A stretch of 64,000 nt of DNA from Clostridiales bacterium (GCA_038562165.1 JBCFAO010000010.1:18643-82642); one strand, 5' to 3'. Shown: positions 16,787 to 27,291, counted from the stretch's first letter. Notes: generated by a model not told the origin, from the letters alone. A program made the numbers and translations.

Positions 16787-18070
16787 ATGAAGCAAAAAAC
16801 CGCTCTGGTCCTCAGCGGCGGCGCTGCCAGAGGCGCTTTTCAGCTAGGCGTCTGGCAAGCTCTGCTGGAGATGGATATTCCTATCGACATTATCACCGGC
16901 ACTTCCATCGGCGCCGTCAACGGCGCTATGATCGTTATGGGTTCTTATGAAACCCTTTTTTATCTCTGGGAAAACCTGGGCCTTAAGCAAATATTGGGCA
17001 TCAATACGGCTGACGACGATCCCTATACGAAAATCATAATGTCCACTTACGCCGGCCTGGCCAAAAACTTCCTCTCCGCCGGCGGCTCCGATATTCACAG
17101 TTTGTTGGATGTGGCCAAACCCTTTTTAGATGAAGAAAAAATCCGCCAATCCCCTATTGATTTTGGTTTGGTAACCGTTTGCCTTACCGACCGCAAGCCC
17201 CTGGCGGTATTCACCGAAGATATTCCCCAGGGCGATCTCCTGAACTATATACTTGCCAGTTGCTCCGTGGCCCCTGCCTTTAAGCCTCTTAAGATCGGCG
17301 ATAAGCATTATGTAGACGGCTGCTACCACGACAACCTGCCCATATCCTTAGCTTTGGAAAAAGGGGCTGAAAAGATCATTGCCGTGGATCTGAACGCCTA
17401 CGGCAAGGTCAACAAAAAGCTGCTGCAAACTACGCCAAACCTGACCCTGATCCGCAGCCACTGGGATTTGGGCAACAGCTTTTTCTTCAATCCCCAGCAG
17501 GTCAGGCGCAATGCCCGGCTGGGTTATCTTCATACCTTGCGAGATTTAGGCCGGCAAGATGGCCAAATCTATTCTTTTCCCGCAGGTACGGCCGTAGACC
17601 TGGCTGTCTCCTTCCTGGTGCAGGAAGGCAAACTGCCCTTTCTTACCGACATTAAGCCCCAATCCTTTTTTCTCAATAACCGTCAGGCTTCCAAAGCCTT
17701 ATTTTACTATCTGAGACGCCGCCTGCTTAATAAAACGGCTAAGGAACATATGATTTTGGCCTGGGCGGAAAACGCCGGCGAAATCTTTGGCCTTGATCCT
17801 TTGAAGGAGTACACGCTGGAAGAGTTCAACAAAGAGATTTTAGAGAAGGCCAAGGAAACCGTGGCTTTGACCTTGCCCGATTCCCTGGCCGACCTGCTCC
17901 ATCAAGGCTTTCCCAAACATTTCGGCCGGCCTGCATTGGCCAAACGACTGGCGGAGCAGATCGAAAATGATCCGGAGATTCTGGAAAACTCCCGCTGGAT
18001 CGCCCTGGCCCCGGTTTTTCCCGGGGAACTGCTGGCTGCCCTGTACCTTCAATGGCTAAAGTTTGCTTAA
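16787..18070 (+). CDS. Patatin-like phospholipase family protein
   Basis: LVLSGGAARGAFQLGV (oxyanion GGxxxG) and GTSIGA (GxSxG). ATG at 16787 is preceded by AAGGATGG. The 3' end overlaps gltX by 15 nt (convergent). Confidence 0.8.
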   Translation: MKQKTALVLSGGAARGAFQLGVWQALLEMDIPIDIITGTSIGAVNGAMIVMGSYETLFYLWENLGLKQILGINTADDDPYTKIIMSTYAGLAKNFLSAGGSDIHSLLDVAKPFLDEEKIRQSPIDFGLVTVCLTDRKPLAVFTEDIPQGDLLNYILASCSVAPAFKPLKIGDKHYVDGCYHDNLPISLALEKGAEKIIAVDLNAYGKVNKKLLQTTPNLTLIRSHWDLGNSFFFNPQQVRRNARLGYLHTLRDLGRQDGQIYSFPAGTAVDLAVSFLVQEGKLPFLTDIKPQSFFLNNRQASKALFYYLRRRLLNKTAKEHMILAWAENAGEIFGLDPLKEYTLEEFNKEILEKAKETVALTLPDSLADLLHQGFPKHFGRPALAKRLAEQIENDPEILENSRWIALAPVFPGELLAALYLQWLKFA

Positions 18071-19750
18071 TTCCTCTATGGCTTGAGTCAGTCTGGCCTT
18101 CGTCCTTTCCTGGCCCAGTATCTGCTGGATCTCCCAAAGATCCGGGGAGTTGCGGCGGCCGCTTAACGCCACCCGCAAGAGGCTGCTGACGTCGCCCACA
18201 TGGCCTTTGTAGGCCTCCGGGTTTTTCTTGTAATCCTTAGGCTTGGCAGCAAAGCCATGTTTGACGCCCAACTCCCTCACCTTGTCAAACCAGAGGGCAT
18301 TATCGTCTGCAAAATCGTAAGTTGACGCATATTCCTTCAATAACGTAACGGCCAGGCTGACGGGTATTTGCTGGGGATAATCATCCTCCCTGCTGAACCA
18401 CTCATCAAAAAAGAAGCGGATAAACTCTAGTATCTGCCGGCCATAAATCAGATCCTTCCGGGGATTTTCGCCGCCCCGGCCAATATTTAAAATTCTTTTG
18501 ACGTAGTCCGGATCTTTGGCCAGCAGGCCCTGGGCTTCCACAGCCTCAGAAGCCGACCAGGCAATTAGAAAATCATATATTTCCTGAGCCGACAGGCCGG
18601 CCAGGATATCCTTGCTGACATTTTGCAGCTTGTCCAGATCAAACAAAGCGCCGGAGCTGCCCATTTTCTCCGTGGTAAAAGGAAATTCCGTCAGAGCCCG
18701 GCCAGGATTAGCCAACTGCCATTCCTCATAATTTGAATTCAGCACCGTCATCAAATAGCTGCGCACCGCCGCCGGCAGGTAGCCTAACTGGCGGTAGTAA
18801 TCAAGACCCAATTCCGGGTCTTTTCTTTTGGACAGCTTACGCTTTGTCTCCCCTTCCATCTTCATCAGCACCGTGGTATGGCAAAATACCGGCGGTTCAA
18901 AATCCAGGGTCTGAAAAAGCTCCCAGTGGTAGGGCAAGGTAGCCAGCCATTCCTCTCCCCGCAGGATGTGGGTAATTCGCATAAAATGGTCGTCAATAAC
19001 GTGGGCAAAATGGTAGGTAGGGATGCCGTCGGCTTTCAGCAGCACGAAGTCCTGGTCATTTTCCGGCATGGTCAGGGGACCGCGAATACCGTCTTCCACC
19101 GTGAAGGTTTTTTGAGGATCCCCCAAAGACCTTAAACGGATAACAAAAGGCTCTCCCGCCTCTAAACGGGCTTCAATCTCCGCCATGGTCAAATCCCGGT
19201 GTTTGGCCCAGGAACCGTAATAGCCCGGGTTTTCTTTGGCCGCTGTCTGCCGCTCCCGGATCTCTGCCAGTTCCTCTTCTGTGCAAAAGCAGGGGTAAGC
19301 CCGGCCCAGCCTTACCAGACGGCAGGCAAAGGTTTGATATAACTCCGCCCGCTGCCGCTGGCGGTAAGGTCCATAATTCCCTTTATCCCCGCCTTCTGTG
19401 GCCCCTTCGTCAAACTCTACGCCAAAGTAGGCCAGGGAAGAAATAATCAAATCCACAGCCCCGGGCACTTCTCTTTTGTTGTCCGTATCCTCCACCCGGA
19501 GAATAAAGACGCCGCCGCTTTGATGGGCCAGCCGCTCATCTGCCAAAGCACCATAAAGGTTGCCTAAATGGATAAAGCCCGTGGGACTGGGGCCTAAACG
19601 GGTCACATAAGCCCCTTGGGGCAGCCGCCTTGGGGGATAGATCTCTTCATATTCTTCCGGCCGTTTCGTAATATGAGGGAATAAACGCCGGGCCAAGGTA
19701 TCCCTTTCTGCGGGGGTAAGCCGGCTTTGCCGGTTGGACTCTATAGTCAT
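18056..19750 (-). CDS. gltX: Glutamate--tRNA ligase family protein (long form)
   Basis: 564 aa. RLGPSPTGFIHLGN (HIGH-type), FILRVEDTD, and KLSKRK (KMSKS-type). Confidence 0.7.
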   Translation of the reverse strand: MTIESNRQSRLTPAERDTLARRLFPHITKRPEEYEEIYPPRRLPQGAYVTRLGPSPTGFIHLGNLYGALADERLAHQSGGVFILRVEDTDNKREVPGAVDLIISSLAYFGVEFDEGATEGGDKGNYGPYRQRQRAELYQTFACRLVRLGRAYPCFCTEEELAEIRERQTAAKENPGYYGSWAKHRDLTMAEIEARLEAGEPFVIRLRSLGDPQKTFTVEDGIRGPLTMPENDQDFVLLKADGIPTYHFAHVIDDHFMRITHILRGEEWLATLPYHWELFQTLDFEPPVFCHTTVLMKMEGETKRKLSKRKDPELGLDYYRQLGYLPAAVRSYLMTVLNSNYEEWQLANPGRALTEFPFTTEKMGSSGALFDLDKLQNVSKDILAGLSAQEIYDFLIAWSASEAVEAQGLLAKDPDYVKRILNIGRGGENPRKDLIYGRQILEFIRFFFDEWFSREDDYPQQIPVSLAVTLLKEYASTYDFADDNALWFDKVRELGVKHGFAAKPKDYKKNPEAYKGHVGDVSSLLRVALSGRRNSPDLWEIQQILGQERTKARLTQAIEELSKL

Positions 19751-19789
19751 AGCCTTCTCCTTTTGTCTCGCTTATGAATTTTTATATCG

Positions 19790-20665
19790 CTATCTGGCAT
19801 CGCCGAAAAAGAAAACAGCGACTATGCTGGGACCCGTATGGGCGCCGATAACCGGCCCTATGGGAAAAAGCCTGACATCCTGCGGGCCTTCTTCTTTCAT
19901 AATGAGCTCCTTCAAATAAAGGGCATCCTCAAGGGCCGTACCATAGCCAATAAAAACGGGATCAGAAGGGCCGTCGGTGCGGTTAGCCTTTAAGGCCTCC
20001 GCTAAAACCTCCAGAGATTTCTTTCTGCCCCGAACCTTATTGACGCTGACCAGCTTGCCTTCCCCATTGATGTGAATGATCGGCTTAATATTCAGCATGG
20101 TGCCTACGGCGGCGGCGGCCGTACTGATCCGGCCCCCCCGCTGCAAATAGCTAAGCTCGTCCACCGCCACCCAGTGGGCCATACTTTTCTTATGCTCCTC
20201 CAGCCAGGCCGCCAACTGGTCCAGGGTCATACCTTGCTTCTTTTTTTGGACGGCGGTATACGTCAACAAACCTTCCCCCGCAGAAGCGCATAAAGAGTCT
20301 ACGCAGATCACCTTGCGGTCCGGATACTCTTCCCGGAGTTCCTGGGCTGTAACAATAGCTACGCCAACGCTGCCGCTGAGGCCGGAGCTGAGGCTGATGT
20401 ATATGACGTCCCGGCCTTGCTTCAGTTCCTCTTCAAAATATTGGCGATAAACCCTGGCGTTGATCTGAGAGGTTTTGGCTACCTCGCCGTCCACCAGGCG
20501 GTCATAAAACTCGGCAATCGAAATGTTGCCCCCTTTGGGAGCAAAGGTATAGCTTTCTCCCCCCATATCCACAGCCATGGGGATCACCCTTATCCCCAGC
20601 TCATCTACGGCTTCCGCCGTTAAGTCTGCGGTGGCATCGGTCATAATCTGATAATCTGCCGTCAT
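19790..20665 (-). CDS. DegV family fatty-acid-binding protein (FakB-like)
   Basis: 291 aa. The N-terminus YQIMTDATADLTAE..IRVIPM is typical of DegV. Confidence 0.8.
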   Translation of the reverse strand: MTADYQIMTDATADLTAEAVDELGIRVIPMAVDMGGESYTFAPKGGNISIAEFYDRLVDGEVAKTSQINARVYRQYFEEELKQGRDVIYISLSSGLSGSVGVAIVTAQELREEYPDRKVICVDSLCASAGEGLLTYTAVQKKKQGMTLDQLAAWLEEHKKSMAHWVAVDELSYLQRGGRISTAAAAVGTMLNIKPIIHINGEGKLVSVNKVRGRKKSLEVLAEALKANRTDGPSDPVFIGYGTALEDALYLKELIMKEEGPQDVRLFPIGPVIGAHTGPSIVAVFFFGDAR

Positions 20666-21558
20666 ACTTTCTCTCCTTTTTCGTCTTTCCCAGCCAGGGA
20701 TTCAGGGGATGGGGGAGATAAAAACCCGATCAAATCCTGATGCTTGGCTTTGGCGTCTTCATAGCCTTCCCGATACAACACCATCAGTTTATTGCGGTCT
20801 TTTTCCAGCCGCCCAATATTGACAGGCTTACCCGGCCGGATCACCAAAACACGGCCGGCCTTCTCCTCCCTGCCAATATAGTCCAGAGTTTCGTTGTACT
20901 GCTGATACCGCCTCTCCATCTGCCTCACCAACGCCGGATATTTGCGGTATCTCATGCGGATAAAAGGCATGAGTTGATTAGGCTTTTTACGGTAATCCAC
21001 CGCCTGGGTGAGCACCACTACGTTTTTGTCATGGCCGTCAGATTGGGACTTCCTTAGTGGAATGGAATCGGCAATTCCGCCGTCCAGATATTCCGTCCCC
21101 TTGATCATTACCATACGGGAAAGCAAGGGCAAGGAACTGGAAGCCCGTACGGCCAAAAGACCCTCAACCATCTCCTCTACAGGCACGTATTCCGGCTGTC
21201 CCGTACGGCAGTTGGTCACCACTACATAAAAATTCGTCTTCCTCTTTTTGAAGGCTTCGTAGTCATAGGGGTCCAGGTAGTTGGGGATCTGGTTATATGC
21301 CATGTCCGCCCCAAAAATATCGCCGGTGGTCAGCAAGCTATATATGCTGCAGTAACGCTTGTCTTCCAAATAATCCACGGTCACCCGGAGAGCCCTGCCC
21401 TGCTGTCCCGACAGATAGCTGCAGCCATGGCAGGCGCCGGCAGAAACTGCATAACAAGAATCAAAGGATATACCATGCTCCAGAAAAAAGTCCAGGACTC
21501 CGGCAGTATAAACTCCCCGCATACCGCCGCCTTCCAAAATCAATCCGCTCGAATTCAT
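20662..21558 (-). CDS. Patatin-like phospholipase (YjjU-like)
   Basis: LILEGGGMRGVYTAGV and AVSAGA motifs. The stop overlaps the degV start by 4 nt. Confidence 0.8.
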   Translation of the reverse strand: MNSSGLILEGGGMRGVYTAGVLDFFLEHGISFDSCYAVSAGACHGCSYLSGQQGRALRVTVDYLEDKRYCSIYSLLTTGDIFGADMAYNQIPNYLDPYDYEAFKKRKTNFYVVVTNCRTGQPEYVPVEEMVEGLLAVRASSSLPLLSRMVMIKGTEYLDGGIADSIPLRKSQSDGHDKNVVVLTQAVDYRKKPNQLMPFIRMRYRKYPALVRQMERRYQQYNETLDYIGREEKAGRVLVIRPGKPVNIGRLEKDRNKLMVLYREGYEDAKAKHQDLIGFLSPPSPESLAGKDEKGEKV

Positions 21559-21750
21559 GAGAACCGTTAAACTCCTTTACTCCGGTGTTCATATAAAGTA
21601 AATCATAATAGATAATTTTAACACAAACCCTTGGGCTTGTCAGGCCTTATTTGTCATAGCAAAGCATAAGTATACAACATCTTCTCACTATGCTACAATA
21701 TTTTCAATGCGGAATGCGATTATGGATAATCCTCGATTGGAGAAAACAGT

Positions 21751-22344
21751 ATGAATGAAAAAACCAGATGCTCTTGGGCAGGAGATACTCCTATTTACAT
21801 TGATTATCATGATCACGAATGGGGACGGCCTGTACATGATGATAACAAGCTGTTTGAAATGCTCATTTTGGAAGGAATGCAGGCAGGGCTTTCCTGGATA
21901 ACCGTACTAAAGAAAAGGGCCGCATACCGGAAGGCCTTTGATGGATTTGACCCTAAAAAGGTGTCTCTTTACGGCGAAACAAAAATTGAGGAACTTATGG
22001 CAAACCAGGGTATCATCAGAAACCGCCTCAAAATTAACGCCGCCGTAACCAATGCCAAGGCATTTCTGGAAGCTGCAAAAAAACACGGGAGTTTTGATCA
22101 ATTCATATGGAGCTATGTGGATTATACACCTGTTATAGGCCATTGGGAAAGCATTGAGGATGTGCCGGCAGCCACACCCCTCTCTGATCAAATTAGCAAA
22201 GATTTGAAAAAAATGGGGTTCAAGTTTGTTGGTTCAACGATTATTTATGCGTTTATGCAAGCTACAGGCATGGTGAATGACCATATTTCAGAGTGCTTTG
22301 TTTATAAGGAAATGGAGGAATCCCTTCGATTTACAAAACTCTAA
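21751..22344 (+). CDS. tag: DNA-3-methyladenine glycosylase I
   Basis: RCSWAGDTPIYIDYHDHEWGRPVHDD..LILEGMQAGLSWITVL. Confidence 0.9.
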   Translation: MNEKTRCSWAGDTPIYIDYHDHEWGRPVHDDNKLFEMLILEGMQAGLSWITVLKKRAAYRKAFDGFDPKKVSLYGETKIEELMANQGIIRNRLKINAAVTNAKAFLEAAKKHGSFDQFIWSYVDYTPVIGHWESIEDVPAATPLSDQISKDLKKMGFKFVGSTIIYAFMQATGMVNDHISECFVYKEMEESLRFTKL

Positions 22345-22402
22345 CCTTCTTATATGGAATAGTAACAAAGGACTCATATGCATTGGGAACGGAATACTGA
22401 GA

Positions 22403-22440
22403 AAGAGGCCAGCGCGAAAAAATGCGCTTGCCTCTTTGTA
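22403..22440. terminator. Hairpin between convergent tag and the serine-hydrolase gene (possible bidirectional terminator)
   Basis: AAGAGGCCAGCGC - GAAAAAAT - GCGCTTGCCTCTT followed by TG. Confidence 0.45.
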
Positions 22441-22449
22441 CAAGTTTAT

Positions 22450-23226
22450 TCAAGGGGCGGAATAGCTATCGTAAACCAGCTTTGCTATTTTGCCTATAAT
22501 CTCCCTGCCTTCCTTATTACTAAGGGTCCGGTGGGTAAGTACGCAAAGGATACAAGTGCATTGAGGCAGGTGCATAATGCCCACATCATGCTCCAGCAGG
22601 TCCAAGTCTCCGGTTTTATGGGCTACGGTTATCTCTTCCGGCAAATATAGCTGCAGCCTGCCGGTAACCTGCTGTTTTTTTAGAATCTCCAGCATACGGG
22701 CGCTGTACTCTCCATCCACATTGTCTCCCCGATAGATCAGTTCCAGCAGAGCCAGCATATCCTTGGCGCAGGTGTAATTTTCCCTGCCCTCTTTTCTGGC
22801 CTGGGCATCCATCATTTTGCGCTGCAGTTTTGTTTCGCCCAAGCCCAGGCTTTGGCAAAGCCTGTTGACGGACTCCATGCCAATTTTGTCGATCAAAATA
22901 TTGGTGGCCAGATTGTCGCTGACGATGATCATCAGCGTTATTATTTCTTCCAGCGTAAAGACATGGCCCGGCTTCAGCTCTTTTAAGATGCCGTCGCCGC
23001 CGGTCATCATGGCGGCTTCCACCATAATCTCATCTTCCAGAGTCATCCCGCCTTTTTTTACCCGGTTCATGACTTCCGACATAATCGCCAATTTAATTAA
23101 GCTGGCCGAGGGAAAAATCATCTCCTCATTGATCAGTATGGTTTCTCCCGTATCGAGGTTTTTAAAAGCCACCCCAATATTCCCTTGGTTTTCCTTGATA
23201 AACTCCCGAAGGGCTTTTTCCAGCAT
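22450..23226 (-). CDS. Class A beta-lactamase-fold serine hydrolase
   Basis: SASLIK (SxxK), VSDNLA (SDN) and HKTGD (KTG) are all present; 258 aa. Confidence 0.7.
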   Translation of the reverse strand: MLEKALREFIKENQGNIGVAFKNLDTGETILINEEMIFPSASLIKLAIMSEVMNRVKKGGMTLEDEIMVEAAMMTGGDGILKELKPGHVFTLEEIITLMIIVSDNLATNILIDKIGMESVNRLCQSLGLGETKLQRKMMDAQARKEGRENYTCAKDMLALLELIYRGDNVDGEYSARMLEILKKQQVTGRLQLYLPEEITVAHKTGDLDLLEHDVGIMHLPQCTCILCVLTHRTLSNKEGREIIGKIAKLVYDSYSAP

Positions 23227-23252
23227 GAGGTTCCTCCTTTCCCCGCCATGAT

Positions 23253-24548
23253 TTAGCCGAAGAATGACCGGACTACCAAGAAGATTACCGAAGCGGCAGT
23301 TATGGTCAAGCCGAATTTCACCATGTTCTTTAAATCTTTAGAGCGGGCCAGGCCCATTTGGCCCAGCATATCGGCTTCCGGATAAGCAAAGGAGGTGATT
23401 TGGGAACCGATAAGAATAAGGCAGCCCCACAATGTCGGACTTAGGCCCAGGCCATGGGCCAGGCTGCCAAACATATTATCCATTACTACCGCCTGAGCCA
23501 CGGCGGCGCCGCCAATGCCAAAGATACCCGTCATGCTGGCAATAAAGGTGAACAATACCTTGCTGTTGGATTGCAGCAAGGGCTGCAAATAGCCGACCAG
23601 GGCTTCAAAAGCTCCGGCTTCCGAAACGAAATAAATAAAAGGATCAAAGAGCACAAACATGACAAAGAGCCAGACCATGCGGCCGGCGCCTTCCATCATC
23701 GTTTCAAATAATTCACTGGGTTTCTGGCCGCCGGTAAGACCCGTCAGCACAGCTACCGTGAAAATCACAACGATGGCGAAAGAGGAACCGTACTTCAAAA
23801 ACATACCCCAGATGATCATAACTGCTAAAGCCAGAGCAAAAGTCAATGTGGCCCGCTTTGTCTCTTTGGCGGCCATATAGTTTTGCCGGGGCTTTTCCAC
23901 ATTATCGTAGCTGTAAACGCCCTTCGTTTTTTTCTGTATCCGCAGAGCCATAAAGAACGTAACCACCCAAAGCAAAATGGCCACGGGCAGGCCTACGCCG
24001 ATTAAATAAGTGCCGTAAGGCAAGCCCGTAATTTCCATATACGTTACCACCGGCGGCGCATAAGGCCCGATAAACAGCCCGGTGATGCCGGAACCGAATA
24101 ATACGGCGGCCAGGGTGGAAGGCGTTATGCCGATAGCCGCCACCAGGGGAATAACGATGGGCGCAATAATGGCGTTGGCGCCGGCCAAAGTGCCCAGCAT
24201 AGACACTAAGAGGATCGAGCAGGCCATACAGGATAAAATAGCTTTTTTCTCAGTATCAATACCGATTTTATTGGTCAGGGCCATAACGATATGCTCGGCT
24301 ACTCCCGTCTTGCGCAGTACTGCGCCTAAAGCGGAGCCCAGCATGATGATAAAACCGATCATGCCTAAAAAGGAGCCTAGGGAACCGGCAATTACGCCGC
24401 CCATTTCCAAAAGGGAGTGCTGCGTCATAATTGCACTTAAAATTACGCAGATAACCACGTTTAACACCGCATTAATATCTTTAAAAGCTAAAACAATATA
24501 TAAGACCAATGGGACAAGGGCAAAAATCGGCGGTAAATTAAAGATCAT
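23253..24548 (-). CDS. Ion-transporter-superfamily permease (GntP/NhaC-like)
   Basis: 431 aa, about 11-12 TM segments. LGSALGAVLRKTGVAEHIV resembles the GntP-type signature. Substrate is unknown. Confidence 0.5.
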   Translation of the reverse strand: MIFNLPPIFALVPLVLYIVLAFKDINAVLNVVICVILSAIMTQHSLLEMGGVIAGSLGSFLGMIGFIIMLGSALGAVLRKTGVAEHIVMALTNKIGIDTEKKAILSCMACSILLVSMLGTLAGANAIIAPIVIPLVAAIGITPSTLAAVLFGSGITGLFIGPYAPPVVTYMEITGLPYGTYLIGVGLPVAILLWVVTFFMALRIQKKTKGVYSYDNVEKPRQNYMAAKETKRATLTFALALAVMIIWGMFLKYGSSFAIVVIFTVAVLTGLTGGQKPSELFETMMEGAGRMVWLFVMFVLFDPFIYFVSEAGAFEALVGYLQPLLQSNSKVLFTFIASMTGIFGIGGAAVAQAVVMDNMFGSLAHGLGLSPTLWGCLILIGSQITSFAYPEADMLGQMGLARSKDLKNMVKFGLTITAASVIFLVVRSFFG

Positions 24549-24716
24549 AGAAAACCCTCCTTGGCCTGTTTATTACACGTCAGCATTGAGCGGCTATCTT
24601 GCCTTTAACCGCAAGCATAGGCATCCCCCCTCGAATGTTGCATTATTGTGCTTTAAAAAATTAATAAATTAGTAGAACGCGAGTATTTTAATAGAATTTT
24701 GTAAATAAATTTAATT

Positions 24717-24744
24717 TTGAAAATAAAGAGAATGATAGTATAAT
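24717..24744 (+). promoter_or_regulatory. Sigma-A-type promoter candidate for the dockerin/SLH gene pair
   Basis: TTGAAA (24717-24722), 16-nt spacer, TATAAT (24739-24744). It implies a ~210-nt leader. Confidence 0.45.
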
Positions 24745-24962
24745 AAAGTTACTAGAAAAAAATGGCAATAGCATATACCCTCTATTCTCGAATTGGCAGC
24801 AAAGCGGCAGATTTTTGGATTGGACAAGCATTGTGGTTTTGTGCTATTAGCCAAAAGGAGGTGCAGCATCCGTCAAAAAATATTGCTGAATGGTGGTTGA
24901 GTGCGGAAGCCTAAATTAAAGGTGTTGTTTGTTGGATGGAACCATAAATAGGAGGTAGAGCA

Positions 24963-27278
24963 ATGAAAAAAAGGTTAGCATCTGTCCTTTTGATCCTGGT
25001 TTTCCTTTTGACATGGGCCTTGCCCTGCTTCGCTGCAGAAACGGCAACCTTCAATAATGCTGTGTACCTGGGCGTAGTAGGCTACAACACTCCAGCTACG
25101 GCTAAAAACCGCAATATAGAGAACCTGAAAAACTTCTCTTATTATTTTTTCGTTGACGGACAAGTTGAGACCTATAAAATTTCCCCCGACAATGATTTCG
25201 CTATTAACAATATGCTGGCGGAAGGCTATGTATTCGACATCACCGTGGAATATGACGAAGAACATAACGGCAAGGTCATTGCCGCCGGCATTCCCCAGCC
25301 TGCGGCCACCGGGGCTATCTACTCTTTCAGCGACAGCTCCCTCAATGTGACCGGACAGGAAATTGCCCTTACCGATACTACGGCAATTTACAGCATCACC
25401 AGCCAGGCCGGCGGCACACTCGTGGAGCCGGGAGTTTTAGCTGCCGGCAAAACTGTAAAGGTCTACGGCAACCCGGCGGAAGCCGTGTTTCTGACTTTTG
25501 TAGCCGAACCTTACCAGGCGCCGGTGGAAGGCGTTGCCGGCAGGAAAACGCTGAAAAACGTGCTATCTACGGCTCTTAATCCCGTGGGCACCTGCCTCTA
25601 CGTCTATGGCGGCACCTGGGAATGGCAGGATGAAGGCGTATTGGCACCCGGCGGCTCTTCAAGCCCCCAGGCCACCAACATCGGCTTACATCAAACCTGG
25701 CTGGATTTCTTCCAGTCCCAGGATGAAAATTATGTTTACCGCAATAATGCCGACCCGACGAAGAGCTATTATCCCCATATGGGCTACAACGAATATTACT
25801 ATGCAGGCACCGATTGCTCCGGCTATATGGGTTGGCTGGTTTACAATATTGCCAATACCCAAAGCGGCAACCCGGGCTATGTCACCTCTGCCAAGCTGGA
25901 AGCCAAGATGTTTGCAGACGAGGGCTTCGGCACCTGGACCCCCTCCCTCAATAGTGAAAGCATTCAACCGGAAGACTTCAAACCCGGCGATATCTTCAGC
26001 ACGACCGGCCATACCTGGATATGTCTGGGCAGATGTGAAGACGGCAGCTTGGTCATTGTACACTCCACTCCCTCTGCCAGCAAAACCGGTAAAGATGGTG
26101 GCGGTGTACAAATCAGCGCCGTTGCTCCCAAGGGCGCCAGCACCATGGAATGTGAAGCCTATGAACTGGCTAAGGAATACATGGCCAAGTACTATCCGGC
26201 TTGGAGCCAGCGCTACACACCAGTCGTCAAAACCTGGTCTGCTTATGTGGAGAATTCCGGCGGCAATACCGAATCTACCATCGGCAAATTCTCCTGGGGT
26301 CTCGGTGAGGGCGGCTATTTGACAGACCCGGAGGGCTACGCCAACATGACGGCCAACCAAATATTGAAAGACCTCTTTGGCGAAGCCGGTGATGAAGAGT
26401 ATGTGACGGACCGTTCCGGGCTGGCAGGCAAAATAGCCGCCGCCGGGGCTTTAACGGAAGCCGATTATACGGCGGTAAGCTGGCAGGCTTTAAGGGCAGC
26501 CCTCAGCGCTGCGGAAGAAGCCATGGCCCAGACGGATTTGCTGCAAACAGATTACGATAAAGCTTTAGCTGATCTGACCAACGCATTAGACAATCTGGTA
26601 CTTGTGGAAAGCGACAAGATGCTGGTAGGCGTTTCCGCCGCCGCCACCAGCCCCAATAATAAGCCGGTGGAATACCTGTTCTCCTTGCGCCAGGCCGAGC
26701 GCCTGATGAACATATTGATTGAATTTGAAGTGGACCTGACCATTTTGAAAAACAATCCCAGCTATGAAGCCGCCAACGGTTTCTACGCCATATCCGGCAG
26801 GGAAAACCAGGATATTGTCTTTACGAAGATCAACGATAATACCTGGAAAGGCAGTATTCGCTTGCTTTCTCCCAATACCCAGGGTTCCAGCTTCCCGGGC
26901 ACCACGGAATTATTGAAGCTGGCCTTCGGCAGCCGCGCCTTGGGGGATGCCACTTTAAAAATCACCAACATCAAAGCGGCGGCCTTAGACGATAATGGCA
27001 AAGAGTTTTTCCTTGATTGGGGCTACAATCCTCAATCTACTACCACCAACATCGTTAAGCACGTGGTATATTCCATTTACGACCTGAATCAGGACGGCGC
27101 CATAGATGAGCTTGACCTGGCCCGGGCCCAAAAATACTACCAGTGCAAAGAAGGCGACAACCAATGGGATCCCTGGAACGGCGATGTTCAGGATTGCGGC
27201 CGGGTGGCTGACGTCAACGGCGATAAGGTTGTGGACATAGCTGACCTGATCCTGATCCTCAGGAACTTTACGAAATAG
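24963..27278 (+). CDS. Secreted multidomain protein: NlpC/P60-like cysteine peptidase + helical FIVAR-like segment + cohesin-like beta domain + C-terminal dockerin
   Basis: Signal peptide MKKRLASVLLILVFLLTWALPCFAAE. GTDCSGYMGWLVYN...GHTWICLG...VHSTPS form a Cys/His/His set. The C-terminus carries two Ca-binding repeats, DLNQDGAIDELD and DVNGDKVVDIAD. Confidence 0.7.
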   Translation: MKKRLASVLLILVFLLTWALPCFAAETATFNNAVYLGVVGYNTPATAKNRNIENLKNFSYYFFVDGQVETYKISPDNDFAINNMLAEGYVFDITVEYDEEHNGKVIAAGIPQPAATGAIYSFSDSSLNVTGQEIALTDTTAIYSITSQAGGTLVEPGVLAAGKTVKVYGNPAEAVFLTFVAEPYQAPVEGVAGRKTLKNVLSTALNPVGTCLYVYGGTWEWQDEGVLAPGGSSSPQATNIGLHQTWLDFFQSQDENYVYRNNADPTKSYYPHMGYNEYYYAGTDCSGYMGWLVYNIANTQSGNPGYVTSAKLEAKMFADEGFGTWTPSLNSESIQPEDFKPGDIFSTTGHTWICLGRCEDGSLVIVHSTPSASKTGKDGGGVQISAVAPKGASTMECEAYELAKEYMAKYYPAWSQRYTPVVKTWSAYVENSGGNTESTIGKFSWGLGEGGYLTDPEGYANMTANQILKDLFGEAGDEEYVTDRSGLAGKIAAAGALTEADYTAVSWQALRAALSAAEEAMAQTDLLQTDYDKALADLTNALDNLVLVESDKMLVGVSAAATSPNNKPVEYLFSLRQAERLMNILIEFEVDLTILKNNPSYEAANGFYAISGRENQDIVFTKINDNTWKGSIRLLSPNTQGSSFPGTTELLKLAFGSRALGDATLKITNIKAAALDDNGKEFFLDWGYNPQSTTTNIVKHVVYSIYDLNQDGAIDELDLARAQKYYQCKEGDNQWDPWNGDVQDCGRVADVNGDKVVDIADLILILRNFTK

Positions 27279-27291
27279 CAGGTTTCAGCCT

